A DNA stretch of 64,000 nt from an uncultured Planctomycetota bacterium (GCA_963849325.1 CAWKHF010000007.1:64001-128000), one strand, 5' to 3'. Shown: positions 32,273-45,392, counted from the stretch's first letter. Numbers and translations are program-made. Notes: generated by a model not told the origin, from the letters alone.

Positions 32273-33017
32273 CTAAACGCGAAAATCGCGCCAGACCCCG
32301 TCCTCCCCGCGCAGCTGGTTGGGCACGAAGCGCGGCTTGTACGACATGGAGCCGCAGCCCTCGACGTAGTAGCCGAGATAGACGTGGGGCAGCCGCCGCC
32401 GCGCCGCTTCCTCAATGAGGCAGAGCACGTTCCAGGTGCCCAGCGCAGCGCTGTCGCTGCCGCGGGTCGTAAAAGAAATAGATGGCCGACAACCCCCCCA
32501 GCGGCTCCTCGAACCCGGCCGGCGGGCCGGGCAGTACATCGACGTAGCCGACGCCGACCAGTTGGCCGTTGACGTAGTAGCACCACTCCTCGACGGGGAA
32601 GGGATGATGGACGAACGAATCGGCGTAGCTGGAGGCGTCGCGCCGGGCGTGAGGCGGCCAACCCTTGTGGTCGGACTGAAAGGCGTGATAGCGGTCGTAC
32701 AGGGCGAGCTTGGCGCGGTTGACGGACGGTTCGCCGATGTGCAGCTCGACGACGCCTTCGTTGGTCTGTCGGCAGCGGCGCTGGCTGCGGTCGGGGCGAA
32801 AATGCGGCACGACAACGCGCAGCGAGCGGCAGGCGCGGCACGTCTGACAGACCGGACGGAACAGCATGTGGCCGAAGCGGCGCCAGTTGTCGAGCATGCG
32901 GCCGAGGTACTCGGCCGGCGTCATGTCGGCGACGTAGTCGTACTCCAGGCGCCACCTCTGTTCGGGCAGATAGCCGCACCGCGTCGGCGTGGCCACATAA
33001 TGAAACAGCGATTCCAT
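32273..33017 (-). CDS. Arginyl-tRNA-protein transferase-like (ATE1/Bpt family; frameshift near 32450)
   Basis: CGYLP, WRRFG..FRPVCQTCRAC, RSQRR, LSAIYFFYDP, YLGYYVEGCGSMSYK. Confidence 0.92.
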
Positions 33018-33024
33018 GAACGGC

Positions 33025-33797
33025 TCACTTCTTCATCTTGCGCGCCGACTCGGCGCGTCAGCCAATCGCTGACCGGCTGCGGCGTGTGCCGCAGCAAGCG
33101 CAGCTTCCAGGCGGTGCGGGCCGGGAACGCCAGGAACGGCTTGCGAGCGCGGAGGCCGCGCACGATGAGGCGGACAGCCTCCCTCACGTCCATCATATCC
33201 GAGGCGGGCACGTCGAGGGGAGCGGTCAAGGGCGTGCGCACCCAGCCGGGGCAGATCGTCGTCACGGCGATGCCCAGCGGCGCGCAGCTCGACGCGCAGA
33301 GAGTCGAGCAGGCTGTTGAGTCCGGCCTTACTGGCGCAGTAGCCGGCCATGCGCGGCAGGCCGCGATACGAGGCCATGCTCGACAGAGCGGCCAGGTGTC
33401 CCCGGCGGCGCTGGCACATGCCGGGCAGGACGGCGTCGATGGTGTTGGCGACGCCGATGAGGTTGACCTGGACCTGGGCCGCGAAGTCCTCGCCGCGGAA
33501 GGCGTCGGCCGGCGTCTCGATGCCGATGCCGGCGCTGGCCACGAGCAAGTCCGTCGGCCCGAGCTGCCCTTCCAGCTGGGCCACGGCCGCGCGCACCGCC
33601 GACAGGTCCGTGACGTCGGCAACGGCGCAGGCGATGGTCTGTCCTTTCAACTCGGCGGCGAGGCTGTCGAGGGCTTCGGTCTGCCGATCCAGGGCGGCGA
33701 TGCGTGCGCCCGCGGAGGCCAACGTAACGGCAAGTTCTCGACCGATGCCGCTGGCCGCTCCGGTGATGAGTGCGACGCGATTGCGAAAGGAGTCCAT
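33025..33797 (-). CDS. Short-chain dehydrogenase/reductase (frameshift near 33280)
   Basis: ITGAASGIG, SAGIG, VNLIG, SS, YCASK, PGWVRT. Confidence 0.9.
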
Positions 33798-33806
33798 GCT
33801 TTCTCG

Positions 33807-33923
33807 TAGGGTTTCGGGTTTCGGGTAAAGAACAGCCGACTGCCTCCACCCGTCGTCCTCGTCTCCCGGCCCCTCTTACCCTAACCTCTAAACCCGAAAC
33901 CCTAAACCCTAAAACCTAAAACC
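33807..33923. repeat. Inverted repeat built from 7-mers (CCCTAAA/CCCGAAA)
   Basis: TAGGGTTTCGGGTTTCGGGTAA ... TTACCCTAACCTCTAAACCCGAAACCCTAAACCCTAAAACCTAAAACC. Confidence 0.85.
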
Positions 33924-34019
33924 TTGACCCGTTTACCCTCCCCATACAAGAATAAGATGGAGCCTGCCACGACGCCGGCGAGCGTTCCTCGTTGCGGCAG
34001 GCGCGATCGAGGAGCGACG

Positions 34020-35268
34020 ATGTCCGCACGGGAGCGTCCACAGTTACGTCCGCATCTGGCGGCGACGCCGGAAGGACGAGGGGGGTACGTCATCTGGGAC
34101 CAGTTACGCCTCGCGGATCGCCGCATCCGCGTGTCGCCCCTGGAAATGACCTGGCTGCGTCTGTTCGATGGCCGGCACACGCTCCGCGACATCCAGGCCG
34201 AGGCCATGCGGCACATCGATGGCCAGCTGGTCCCGCTGGAAGTTTTCACTCGTCTCGTCCAGGAACTCGACGACGCCTTTTTCCTCGAAGGTCCGCGTTT
34301 CCGCAACCTCCTCCGCGAGTACGCCAACCACCCCATCCGGCCACCCTCGTGTACCGCCAGTTATGGGCAGGATCCCGTACACATCCGCCGACTGTTCGAT
34401 GCCCTGTTCACCGGACCCGGCGGGCCGGGGCGTCCGGCACCGCGCCAGCCGGACGAGCGTTTTCGCGCCGCCCTCATCCCGCACATCGATTATCCGCGCG
34501 GCGGACGCACCTACGCCTGGGCCTTCAAGGAACTCTTCGAGCACACGCCGGCGCGGCTGTTCGTCATCGTCGGCACCTCGCACTACAGCTATCACCGTTT
34601 CACGCTCACGCGCAAGCACTTCCAGACACCGCTCGGCATCGCTCGGACGGACCAGTCGTACATCGACCGCCTGGCCGCTCGCTACGGCGATGGCCTTTTC
34701 GACGATGAATTGGCGGCCCATTTGCCGGAGCACTCGATTGAGCTGGAGGTGGTATTCTTGCAGTATCTCTATCCGGAAACGCCCTTTCGCATCGTGCCGC
34801 TGGTGGTCGGCTCCTTCCACGACTGCATCGCGCTGGGCCGCGAGCCGGTCGGACAGGACGACATCGGCCGCATGATCGAGGCACTGCGGGCCGTCGAGCG
34901 GGAAACGCCGGAGCCGATCTGCTACATCATCAGCGGCGACCTGGCCCACGTCGGCCCGAAGTTCGGCGATCCGCGGCCGGTCGGCCCGACCCTTCTGACG
35001 CACAGCCGCCGTCAGGACCACGCTCTCTTACACGAACTCGGCGAGGCGGCGCGGAAGACGTCCCCCACCGCACCGCCGGACACGGCAGCGTATTTCCGCG
35101 TCATCGCCGAGGAAGGCGACGCGCCGCCGCATCTGTGGGCTGCCGCCCACCTACACGGTCCTCGAAGCCATCCGTCCCGGCAGCGGCAAGCTGCTGCACT
35201 ACGATCAATATGTCCATCCCGACGGTTACGAGAGTGTCAGCTTCGCCAGCATGGTGTTTTACCAATGA
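34020..35268 (+). CDS. amrB: AmmeMemoRadiSam system protein B (MEMO1 family) with N-terminal extension (frameshift near 35122)
   Basis: PHIDY, VGTSH, FQTPLG, EHSIE, SGDLAHVG; alternate frame ICGLPP...SVSFAS ends at TGA 35266-35268. Confidence 0.88.
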
Positions 35269-36251
35269 AGGACAAGCTATCCCTGGAGTGCGCCGACTCG
35301 GCCCCTCGACCTGACCCTGTACGGGAGAACTGCCCCGGCGGCAGCGCCCACGACTGTGCCCTGTCCTGCGCCGACGTGTGTGCCCTGCATCCGGGCGAGA
35401 AGGTTGAGCCGATTGTCTTGTCCGAGGCGCTGGAGCGCTTCGCGCGCGAGGCGGTGCAAGGCACCTGCGACACGAGCCGCTATCGTCTGCCGTACTACAC
35501 CTGGGGCGAAGGACCGCCCTTGTTGTTCGTGCATGGCGTCGGCGACAGCAGCCGCTCGTTCCTCCAGCCGATTTCGCGTCTGTCGGCCCATTTCCGCTGC
35601 ATCGCCTACGACCTGCCGAGCGGCCGCCGCGACGGCGCCCGCCTGCGCCGCTATTCCCACGACCATCTCGTCGCGGACGTCTGGGCGCTGCTCGATCACC
35701 TGGGACTGCGGCAGAGTTACATCCTCGGCTCGTCGTTCGGCGCGACGATCGTCTTGAAGGCGATGCACGACCAGCCGGAGCGTCTGCCGCGCGGCATCCT
35801 GCAAGGCGGGTTGGCGTATCGGCCGCTGCGGCGCGCCGAGCGGTTCCTGGCGTACTGGGGACGTTTCCTGCCCGGCTCGATGGCTGGTCTGCCGCTGCGC
35901 GAGAAGGTGCTGCTCAAGACCACCGGCAGCGCCTTCAAGGAGTTGTTCCCCGAGGTGTGGAATCATTTCCTCGACACATCCGGCCGGGCGCGGCTGGCGG
36001 CCTTCGCCTGCCAGGCGCACATGCTGCACCAGCTCGACCTGCGGCCGATCCTGCCCGGTGTTCGTCAGCCGGTGCTCCTCATCTGCGGCGATCAGGACCG
36101 CGTGGTGCCGCGGCCCTACGAAGAGGTGCTTCTACAAGGGCTGCCCAACGCCGGCCGCGTGGTGATCCAGGGCTGCGGCCACGTCCCCAGCTATACCCAT
36201 CCCGAGGTGTACGCCGAAGTGATCCGGCAGTTTTTGACGCCGTCTCCATGA
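35265..36251 (+). CDS. Alpha/beta hydrolase with Cys-rich N-terminus
   Basis: ATGA overlap with amrB; FVHG, GSSFG nucleophile elbow, GDQD, GH; N-terminal Cx7Cx3Cx3C. Confidence 0.88.
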   Translation: MKDKLSLECADSAPRPDPVRENCPGGSAHDCALSCADVCALHPGEKVEPIVLSEALERFAREAVQGTCDTSRYRLPYYTWGEGPPLLFVHGVGDSSRSFLQPISRLSAHFRCIAYDLPSGRRDGARLRRYSHDHLVADVWALLDHLGLRQSYILGSSFGATIVLKAMHDQPERLPRGILQGGLAYRPLRRAERFLAYWGRFLPGSMAGLPLREKVLLKTTGSAFKELFPEVWNHFLDTSGRARLAAFACQAHMLHQLDLRPILPGVRQPVLLICGDQDRVVPRPYEEVLLQGLPNAGRVVIQGCGHVPSYTHPEVYAEVIRQFLTPSP

Positions 36252-36384
36252 CAACGGTACGGTCGTTGGTTAGCGATGGCTCTCCGAACCGCCGTTAAAC
36301 GTTGTCGTCTCGGCGGACATCCTGCTGCGCGCATCGTATACCATCCTCCACAAGGGACACCTCGCCGGCCCACAGGATCGAACC

Positions 36385-37644
36385 GTGAACACCCCTGAAC
36401 CGCGCATCCACATCATCGGTATCGGCAGCGACGGCCTCGCCGGACTGACCAGCCGCGCCCGCGATCTGCTGCTGTCGGCCGACGTCGTCTTCGGCTCCGA
36501 GCACACGCTGAAATTGCTGCCGGAAATCAAGGCCGAGCGCCGACCGCTGGGGTCCGACATGCAGGAAGCCGTCAGCACCCTCACCAGTCTTCTCGGCCGC
36601 AAGCGGCTAGCGATCGTGGCCAGTGGCGATCCGCTCTTTTACGGCGTGGCTCGCTACCTGTGCGATCGGCTGGGCAAGGAGCGTTTCGAGGTGCTACCGC
36701 ACGTCAGCAGCATGCAGTTGGCCTTCGCGCGGATCAAGGAGACGTGGGAGGAAGCCTACCTGACCAATCTGCAAACGCATCCTCTGGAGAGCGTGCTCGA
36801 TCGCATCCGCACGGCCGAGACGGTCGGCCTGTTCCCCTCCGAGAAGGAGGGACCGGCGGAGATCGCTCGCACGCTGCTGGCTCGCGGACTCGACTACTTC
36901 CGCGCCTACGTCTGCGAGAACCTCGGAGGGCCGGACGAGCGCGTCACCCAGGGCGAGCTGCGCGACATCCAGGACATGGAGTTCGCCCCGCTCAACGTGG
37001 TCGTCCTCAAACGCAAGCCAGGCCGGCCGGATCGTCCGGCGACGGCGGCGCGCTTCCGGCCGTTCGGCAACCCCGACGACGTGTTCGCCCAGAGTCGGCC
37101 CAAGAGCGGACTCATCACCCAGGCCGAGGTACGCTCGATCGCCCTGGCGGAACTGGCCATTCAGCCGGCCGCCGTCGTCTGGGACATCGGCGCCGGCTCC
37201 GGCTCGGTCGCCATTGAGGCGGCCCGGCTGAGCGATCCCGGCCCCGTCTACGCCATCGAGCAGGACGCCGCCGACTATCACCTGATTCTGGCCAATGCTT
37301 CGGCGTTCGGCGCCACCAACCTGCACGCGATCCACGGCATCGCCCCGGACGTTTTCGCCGACCTGCCGGCGCCGGACGCCGTCTTCGTCGGCGGCACCGG
37401 CCATGAGGTCGCGCGGTTGCTCGAATCGGCCTGGGACGCGCTGCGGCCAGGCGGACAGATGGTTGTCAACGTGGCCACACTGGAGAGCCTCAGCGCAACG
37501 CATGCCGTGCTGAAACGCTTGGCTGGGAGTGTGCGCGTGCTGCTGGTGAACATCGTGCGCGGCAATGAGCAGCTGGAGACGCTGCGCTTTGAGGCGGTCA
37601 ATCCGACGTTTTTGCTTGCCATCGGCAAACCGGCCGCAAGGTAA
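36385..37644 (+). CDS. cobL: Bifunctional precorrin-6Y C5,15-methyltransferase (CbiE/CbiT)
   Basis: IIGIG, ASGDPLFYG, SSMQLAFAR, ITQAEVR, WDIGAGSGSV, PDAVFVGG. Confidence 0.93.
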   Translation: MNTPEPRIHIIGIGSDGLAGLTSRARDLLLSADVVFGSEHTLKLLPEIKAERRPLGSDMQEAVSTLTSLLGRKRLAIVASGDPLFYGVARYLCDRLGKERFEVLPHVSSMQLAFARIKETWEEAYLTNLQTHPLESVLDRIRTAETVGLFPSEKEGPAEIARTLLARGLDYFRAYVCENLGGPDERVTQGELRDIQDMEFAPLNVVVLKRKPGRPDRPATAARFRPFGNPDDVFAQSRPKSGLITQAEVRSIALAELAIQPAAVVWDIGAGSGSVAIEAARLSDPGPVYAIEQDAADYHLILANASAFGATNLHAIHGIAPDVFADLPAPDAVFVGGTGHEVARLLESAWDALRPGGQMVVNVATLESLSATHAVLKRLAGSVRVLLVNIVRGNEQLETLRFEAVNPTFLLAIGKPAAR

Positions 37645-37651
37645 GCACCAT

Positions 37652-37688
37652 CAGTTAAGTTCATGTCCATGACAGGCTGGACGCTCAT
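37652..37688 (-). pseudogene. N-terminal remnant of a DUF5615 (PIN-like) toxin
   Basis: ATGA-coupled to DUF433 stop; reads MSVQPVMDMNLT (DMNL motif) then runs into the convergent cobL end. Confidence 0.5.
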
Positions 37689-37912
37689 GGGCCGACCAAA
37701 GTTTCTTCCCGTTCTTCCAGCCGCCAAGCCGCGTAAGTCAGCGCAGCATCAATGTCTTCGGATTCCAAGTAGGGATACGCTTGCAGAATCCGTTCGCGGG
37801 AATGGCCGGGAGCAAGGAGGCCGAGGATTGTGCCCACCGTGACACGAAGTCCGCGAATACAAGGCTTACCCCCCATTACAGCGGGATTGTGAGTAATTCG
37901 AGAGATCTGCAT
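37685..37912 (-). CDS. DUF433 family antitoxin
   Basis: RITHNPAVMGGKPCIRGLRVTV...YPYLESEDIDAALTYA. Confidence 0.93.
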   Translation of the reverse strand: MQISRITHNPAVMGGKPCIRGLRVTVGTILGLLAPGHSRERILQAYPYLESEDIDAALTYAAWRLEEREETLVGP

Positions 37913-37945
37913 GGGAAGACTCCTCCTTATCTAATTCTTTGCTGC

Positions 37946-40454
37946 TCACACCATACCCCAGCGCCGGCGCAGCAGCCATTCGACCGACAGCAACGTCACA
38001 AACAGCACAAAGAAGAGCGGGAAAAACGCCGATCGCCCCGTCGTTCGCCAGTCCGGCCGCAGGGACAGCTTCGGTTTGTTGCGCGCCAGGTTCTCCGTCT
38101 GCATGCGTCGCAGGAACGCCGGCAATTCCTCGACGCGGTGAAAGTCGCCGCCGCCGGCCGCGGCCAACTTCTTGAGGAAATCGTGATCGGCGGCGCGACG
38201 GCTCATCTCGACGTCCTCGTCGTAGACGATGAAATGGGCCGACGCCTCGCCCTTGACCACCTCGTCCGCGACGGGGTCTTTCGCCTCGCCATGCACGGTG
38301 ATGCAGTATTCGCCGGGAACGTCGGTGCTGACGAAGGTGCCGCGGTCGTCGGTCGCCGTCCGCGCCGTCGGCACCGGCGTCTTGACGCCGCCGGGTCCGA
38401 CGACCTCGACAGTGTACTTGCCGTCCGGCAGCTCGACGCCGCCGCGACTGCGGACGCCGACGCTGAAGCCGAGGTCGTTGCGAACCGGCAGCCGCCGCGT
38501 GTCCGGCTTGATCCACACGCTGCCCTCGGCGTTCTCCTGCTTCGCCAGCCACAGGACCACCTGTCGCCAGAACCGCGCGTGCATCTGCTGCTTGGCGCGG
38601 TTGACGATCCAGCGGTGCGTCGTGTCGCCGGCGAAGGCCAGTACCCGTCCCGTGCCGTAAATCTGGGAGATCAGGATCGGCTCGCCCTTGTCCGACTCGG
38701 CCAGCACGGTCTCCTGCAATCCCTTCTTCGACTTGTGCAAACGGGCGATGCCTTCCAGCTCGGGCAAGTCCTCCCAGACCTTTTTCGGGTCTTTTTCGTC
38801 GTTCAAGCGCAGAATGTAACCGAACTTGCGCAGCCCGGCCTGCGTCGGCAGCATCTTGCGGTCCTCCTCGATCTGACCCCGCGAACGTCTCCATGTCGAT
38901 CGGCAGCATCTTCTCGATCGGCGTGCCCTGCCAGTCGCTGTTGCCGAACGAGGAATAACCGCCAAGCATGAGGAAGCCGGCCCCCTGTTCGACCAGGTGC
39001 TCGATGGCCGGCAGCGCCTGCGGGCTGACGGCCCGCATCTGGGCGGCGGTCACGTCGCCAAGAATGATGACGTCGTAGGGCTGTTTGTCGAAGCGAAACA
39101 GGTCGCCGCTGTTGGCGTCGAGCGTCTGTCCGCCGCGCAGCCAGACCGGCGTGACGCGGATACGCGGATCGGTACACAGCGCGTCGCAAATGAGCTGCGG
39201 CTCCCAGGGCCGTTGTTTGTCCACCAGCAGGACGCTGACGCCCTCCTTGGTGACGGTGACGAACGTCTCGATCTTGTTGTTGAGCGGGAACAGGTCGCCG
39301 GCCGGCGCCTGGTCTTTGCGGTGCGGATCGTCCGCCTGCACGCGCAACTTGACCTCGCCGGGCCGGGCCGGAGCGTTGCATTCGAGCTTGACCGCGTTGC
39401 CGTTCGTCAGCGGCAACACCTCATCGCGAGCCAGCACTTCCTTCTCGTCGAGGAAGAGACGGAGACGCACGGTGCTGTTCTCGAAGCCGGGCGCGTCCAG
39501 GAGCAGCTTGACGGTCAGCCGGCCCTTGCTCGGCACCAGGGCCGGCTCGGTGGCGATGGAGGTAATGGCGACGTCGCTCTGGCGGTCGGCCGTGGTCGAA
39601 TTGCCGCTAGCGAAGGCGTGAATCGGAGAGGGCAGGTTGCGCCAGCGGGCGGCCTCGGATAGCGCCGGCGTGCGGGGGCTGCCGTTATCGGCGCCGTCGC
39701 TGAGCAGCAGGAGATAACGCGGAGGCCGACCGCCCTCGCGCTGGTCGTACAGGGCGCGGAGCATGGCGCCGGTGTCGGTGCGCTGGCCGTCCGCAGCGCC
39801 GGGGTCATCGGGCTGGAACTCGACCACGTCGCCGGCGAACTTGTAAAAGCGCACGTCCACTTGCTGCTCTTCGCGCAGCCGATCCAGTTCCGGGCCGCTC
39901 TCGCGCAGCGTTTGCAGAAGCAATTCCCAGCGCGACAAGTGGTTGGACTCGTCCTGGATGGTCATGCTCCCGGAGTGATCGCAGACGATGAGGAGTAGGC
40001 CGCGGAGTTGGTTGCGTTCGGCGAAGGCCAGGGCCGGCCGGACGATCGCCAACCCGGTCAGCAGGAAGGCGAGCAGGCGCAGGGCGAGCACGACCGCGAT
40101 TCGTCGGCGGCTCGCTCCCGGACTGCCGAGATACGTCGAGATGGTCAGGCCGATCAGTCCGAGGGGCACAACGACCAGGAAGGCCATCGCCAGGCCGTGC
40201 CAGCGGCCGGCCGGCGCGCTGCTGACGTGTCCGGTGTGAAGGACCACCCAGCCGAACAGCAGGACCAGCAGGATGCCTCCGCCGCGCACCAGCTGACGCG
40301 GGCTCACGCCATAGGGCCGCCTCCGCCACAGGATCGGCAGGGCGAAGGCCGTCAGACCGGACAGCACGAGGGCGAGGACGACGTCGGAACTCGCCGACGA
40401 CAGGAATGGTCCCAGGTAAGACCACGGCCACAAGGGGTCCAGATGTACGGTCAT
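37946..40454 (-). CDS. Membrane protein with vWA and glutamine-amidotransferase-like domains (frameshift near 38880)
   Basis: N-terminal TMs, DHSGSM MIDAS, LLSDG, YDVIILGD, FLMLGG, C-terminal EWLLRRRWG. Confidence 0.85.
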
Positions 40455-42699
40455 GATTGGGCTTGCCCCCCGACGGCCGTCTCTCCCGCTGCGGGGACGG
40501 CATGGCGATAGAAGCGGTTGGCCAGCAGGCTTTCGACTGTCAGCACGATCAGCACGGCCATCATGAGCCAGGGGAGCAACTCCAGAGGCGGCGGCCGCGT
40601 CGCCAGCAGCGCGTCCTTGAGACTAACCGTGCGTCCGACCTGGAGTAGCGTGTCTTTGCCCAGCACCGATTCGATCTCCTCCGCCGGCACCCGCTCCAGG
40701 ACGCTCTCTTGCGGGCGGACGTTCAGACTGCAGCCGGCGACGAGGTGTTTGTTGGCATCGCGCACGGCGTAATTGCCGGGCGCCGCCGCCTGCGGCAGCG
40801 ACAAGCGCGTCTCGCCCTCGACGGCCTTGAGGTTCGTCTCGGCGACGGCCAGGCCCGGACCATCCAGTGTGTACGGCGGTGCCGTCGGCTGGGACGGGAG
40901 CATGGCCTGCGGCACCTGGCCGCAGAAGTAGTTCAGCTCCGGCATCGCCGAGTCGCCGGCCAGGAAGCGGCACACCTGGTCTTCGAGCACCAGGCCAAAC
41001 GAGGAAGGACCCCAGTAATTGTGCCAGTAGCGATGGCCGCTCAGCTCCCGTGCATCCAGCGGCGTCGTGAAGAGGATGACGTGGCCGCCTCCGACGGCGC
41101 GGTCGAGCAGGGCTGGACTGCTTTTGCCATCGTCATAGTTCGCCAACACGATCGTGTCCTTCTCGGCCGGACCCACGGTCCAGTAGGCGTTGACACCCGG
41201 CCGTGACTGCTTCTTGGCGAAGTCGATGTCACCGCTGAGGATTACTTTGCGGAAATAGGCCGGGATGGGGTGTTTCACCTCGAAGCCGGACCAGCGAATG
41301 AGCGGCCGATCCGGGGCGTTTTCCTCGATCTTGTTCAGCGCGGCCGGCAAGAGTCCCGACTTTTTCCCTTCGTCGTTGTACGCCTGCAACCGCGGCCGCA
41401 TCTCCTCGCCGCTGGGCACCAGGACCACGCCGCCGCCGGCCTGGACGTAGCGCCCCAGCTTCGTCCACAGCTCCGCGTCCGGCACGCACTGAAACACACA
41501 GACAACGGCGTAGTCGCGCAGCTGCCGATCCTCCAGCTTGCCGGCCTCGGCCACGGGACGCACCTCGCACTGGAACATCTCGACCGCTTCCATCGCCCCC
41601 TTCCACGCCTTCCAAGGTTCCGGCCCCCTCGCGGGAGGATTGTCGGTCACGATGGTCAGCACCTTGCGCGGCGGCGCACCAGAAACGTGGCGAACGAGGT
41701 GTTGTTGAACGGCAGCGCGTCCGGCGTCTGGTGCTTGACCGTCACTTGATACGTCATCTCGCCGAGTCCGCCCGTCGGCCGCGGCGGCGCCTCGCGCTCG
41801 AAGACGAAGACACGCCTCTGCCCGGCGGAGAGCTGGATCGCCTGTTTCTTGTCGCTGTCCGGTTCGCTGTCGAGCTGGCACAGCAGTTCCGTGTCGAAGT
41901 CGGCGCCGGTGGCGGCGACGGTGACGTGAATCTGAATGCGGCCGCCGGGCGCAACGACCGCCGGCACCACTTCCACTTTCTCGATGGCCAGATCCTTCGG
42001 CTTGTCCGCGCCGACATCGACGAACAGAGCGTGGAGGCTGTCGGGTATCGACTTCGGGCCGGCCTGCGCATCCCAGCAGGCGCGCGTGCGATCGGAGAAC
42101 ACGTACAGGAAGCGCGGCGGCGGATCGTCGCCCTCGCCGACCTTCTCCAGCATCCGCACCGCCCGGTCGAGTTGCCGGTTCAGGACCGCGTTGGCGGGAC
42201 GAATGCGCAAGCTCTCGATGCGCGTCTGCGCCAGGGCTGGCGACACCCATTCCGCGCCGACATCGCCGGCGTCGTCGCCGCTGTCGAGCAGGGCGATCTG
42301 GCTGCCGGCGTCCATCTCGTCGAGCAGTTCGCGGGCGCGCTGCTTGGCCTCATCGAGACGGCTGCGGCCGGCGGCGCTGTACTCCATGCTGGCGCTGGTA
42401 TCGAAGACGAGCACGGCGGCGACGGGACGTTCGCCGCTGAACAGCGCGGCCACGCGCTGGGCAGCGATGCGCGGCCGGGCCAGGGCCAGGCACAGGGCCG
42501 CGATCACTCCCATACGCAGCAGCAACAACAGCAGGTGTTGCAGGCGCAGCTTGCGGCGGTTGATGAGGTGGCGCTGCGCAGGAAGCGGAAAGCGGGGAAC
42601 GGCAAATGCCGCGGCTTCTGCCGCATGAATGAGATGCAGCAGCACCGGCACGCCGACGAGCACCAGGCCGGCCAGAAGGTATCCGTGGATGAAGGTCAT
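40451..42699 (-). CDS. BatA-domain / vWA membrane protein (frameshifts near 42600 and 41670)
   Basis: GVPVLLHLI...LLLLLRM BatA N-terminus, FDTSASM, FSD, C-terminal TM ESLLANRFY. Confidence 0.85.
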
Positions 42700-42813
42700 G
42701 CCTCGCTCACTCCCTCTTTCGCCTCGACGGACAGGGGGATTTGACGGCCATCCTTACTTTACCGGATCGACGGACGGGCAACGCCACGGTTCGCCCCGCA
42801 AGCGGCTTACGCA

Positions 42814-43711
42814 TCAAAAGCGCCGCTGCCGCTGCACCAGATATTCCATCAGCGCCTTGTCGAAACTGACGCTCGTGTCGATCGGCACATAGTCGATGTT
42901 GGCCTTGGCGCATTCGCGCCGATAGAGCTCCTGAAATTCGCGGATCGCCTGCAGGTAGTCGCCGCGCATGCCCTTGGCGTCGAGCGTCAGCCGATCCGGC
43001 GACTCCACGTCCTCGAACTCGATCAGGCCCTCGAACGGGAAGTGGACCTCGGCCTCGTCGAGGATGTGAAACAGGATGATCTCGTTGCCGCGGTGGCGCA
43101 GATGGTGCAGGCTCTGCAGCACCGGCTCGGGATCGGTCAGCAGGTCGCTGAAGATCATGACCAGGCTCTTGCCGCGGATCATGCTCGCCAGCTGGTGCAG
43201 CGCACGCGGCGACGTCGGTCTCGCCGGCCGGCTTGAGGTTGGCGAGCACCGACAGGATGGTGCCCAGGTGCGTTCGCTTGCTGCGCGGCGGCAGGCTGGT
43301 CTGGATGCGCGTGTCGAACGTGACCAGGCCGACGGGGTCTTGCTGGTGGATCATCAGGTAGCCCAGGGCCGCCGCCAGGCAGATGGCGTACTCGAACTTG
43401 GTCAGCTCCTGGCGATAGGTGTAGGCCATCGACGCGCTGAGGTCCATGACCAGGTAGCCGGTCACGTTCGTCTCGGCCTGGAATTTTTTGAGATAATACT
43501 TGTCCGTCTTGGCGTAGACGTTCCAGTCGAGGTCTTTGAGGTCGTCGCCGGGGACGTATTTGCGGTGCTCGGAGAACTCGACGCTGAAGCCCTGGAAGGG
43601 GCTGGCGTGCAGGCCGGCGAGGAAGCCCTCGACGATGAACTTGGCCCGCAGGTCGAGCCGGGCGACCTGGCGGATCACTTTGGGCTGCAGGTATTTCTCG
43701 GCGGCGCTCAT
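42814..43711 (-). CDS. DUF58 protein (frameshift near 43200)
   Basis: GLHASPFQGFSVEFSEHRKYVPGDD, DWNVYA, DLSASM, IFSD. Confidence 0.93.
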
Positions 43712-43751
43712 GAAGACATTCTATCGGCCGAAGGAGGTGCTTTCCCAGCGA

Positions 43752-44194
43752 TCATTCCGGGACCAGCAATGTCCCGTCAGCGGCGAAGAAGCCGCGCTCG
43801 TCGATCTGGTAGACGCCGGCGGTGCTGGCGGCGAGGAAGCGGCACAGGCCGAGGCACACGGTTTCGGCCGGCGTCGAGGCCTCGACGCGGTGCAGGGTGA
43901 AGAGCTGCGTCGTCTGGATCATGCGCTCCATCAGGCGGACTGTGTTCGGCATCGCCGTCGCGCGTCTCCAGCCAGGCGGCCCAGCTATTCAGCTCGGCGC
44001 GGATGCCTTCCTCTTCGGCGAGATAGCGTTCCAGCTGCAAAGCCACGCCGTCCACGACGAGGTCGGCCTGATACCAGCCGGAGGCGTCCGCCGCGAATTC
44101 GCCGGAGACGGACGCGCCCTGGCCGGAGACAGAATCAAGGACCGCCGCGGACGCCGGCATCTCGGAGGTGGCTGCCGAAGACGCGATACCACAC
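43752..44194 (-). CDS. Hypothetical protein in MoxR operon (two frameshifts)
   Basis: AGGAGG then GTG-WYRVFG; pieces [15 protein letters not shown] and [21 protein letters not shown]. Confidence 0.6.
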
Positions 44195-44219
44195 GGCCGT
44201 CCTCCTTCCGGGAGGTTCG

Positions 44220-45244
<1,025 letters not shown>

Positions 45245-45329
45245 CGTGCGGTTCCTCGGCAGGCAGGGACGAAGGCAGACCACGATGGATGTATTGTAAA
45301 GAAGGAGGACGGGGAAAGGCAAAGGGCCA

Positions 45330-45392
45330 TAACGGAATGCCGCTTGCGGCTTAGCGTTGACACACGCGAAGCCGCAAGCGGCTCCTTTCGTT
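45330..45392. repeat. REP-like palindrome, family E (GCCGCTTGCGGCTT)
   Basis: Imperfect inverted repeat; half copies near 42796 and 49406. Confidence 0.75.

Noticed and set aside
33924-36251. Apparent 775-aa MEMO1-hydrolase fusion in the ORF track
   Set aside because: The conserved MEMO C-terminus continues in another frame and stops at 35268; the fusion results from an indel near 35122
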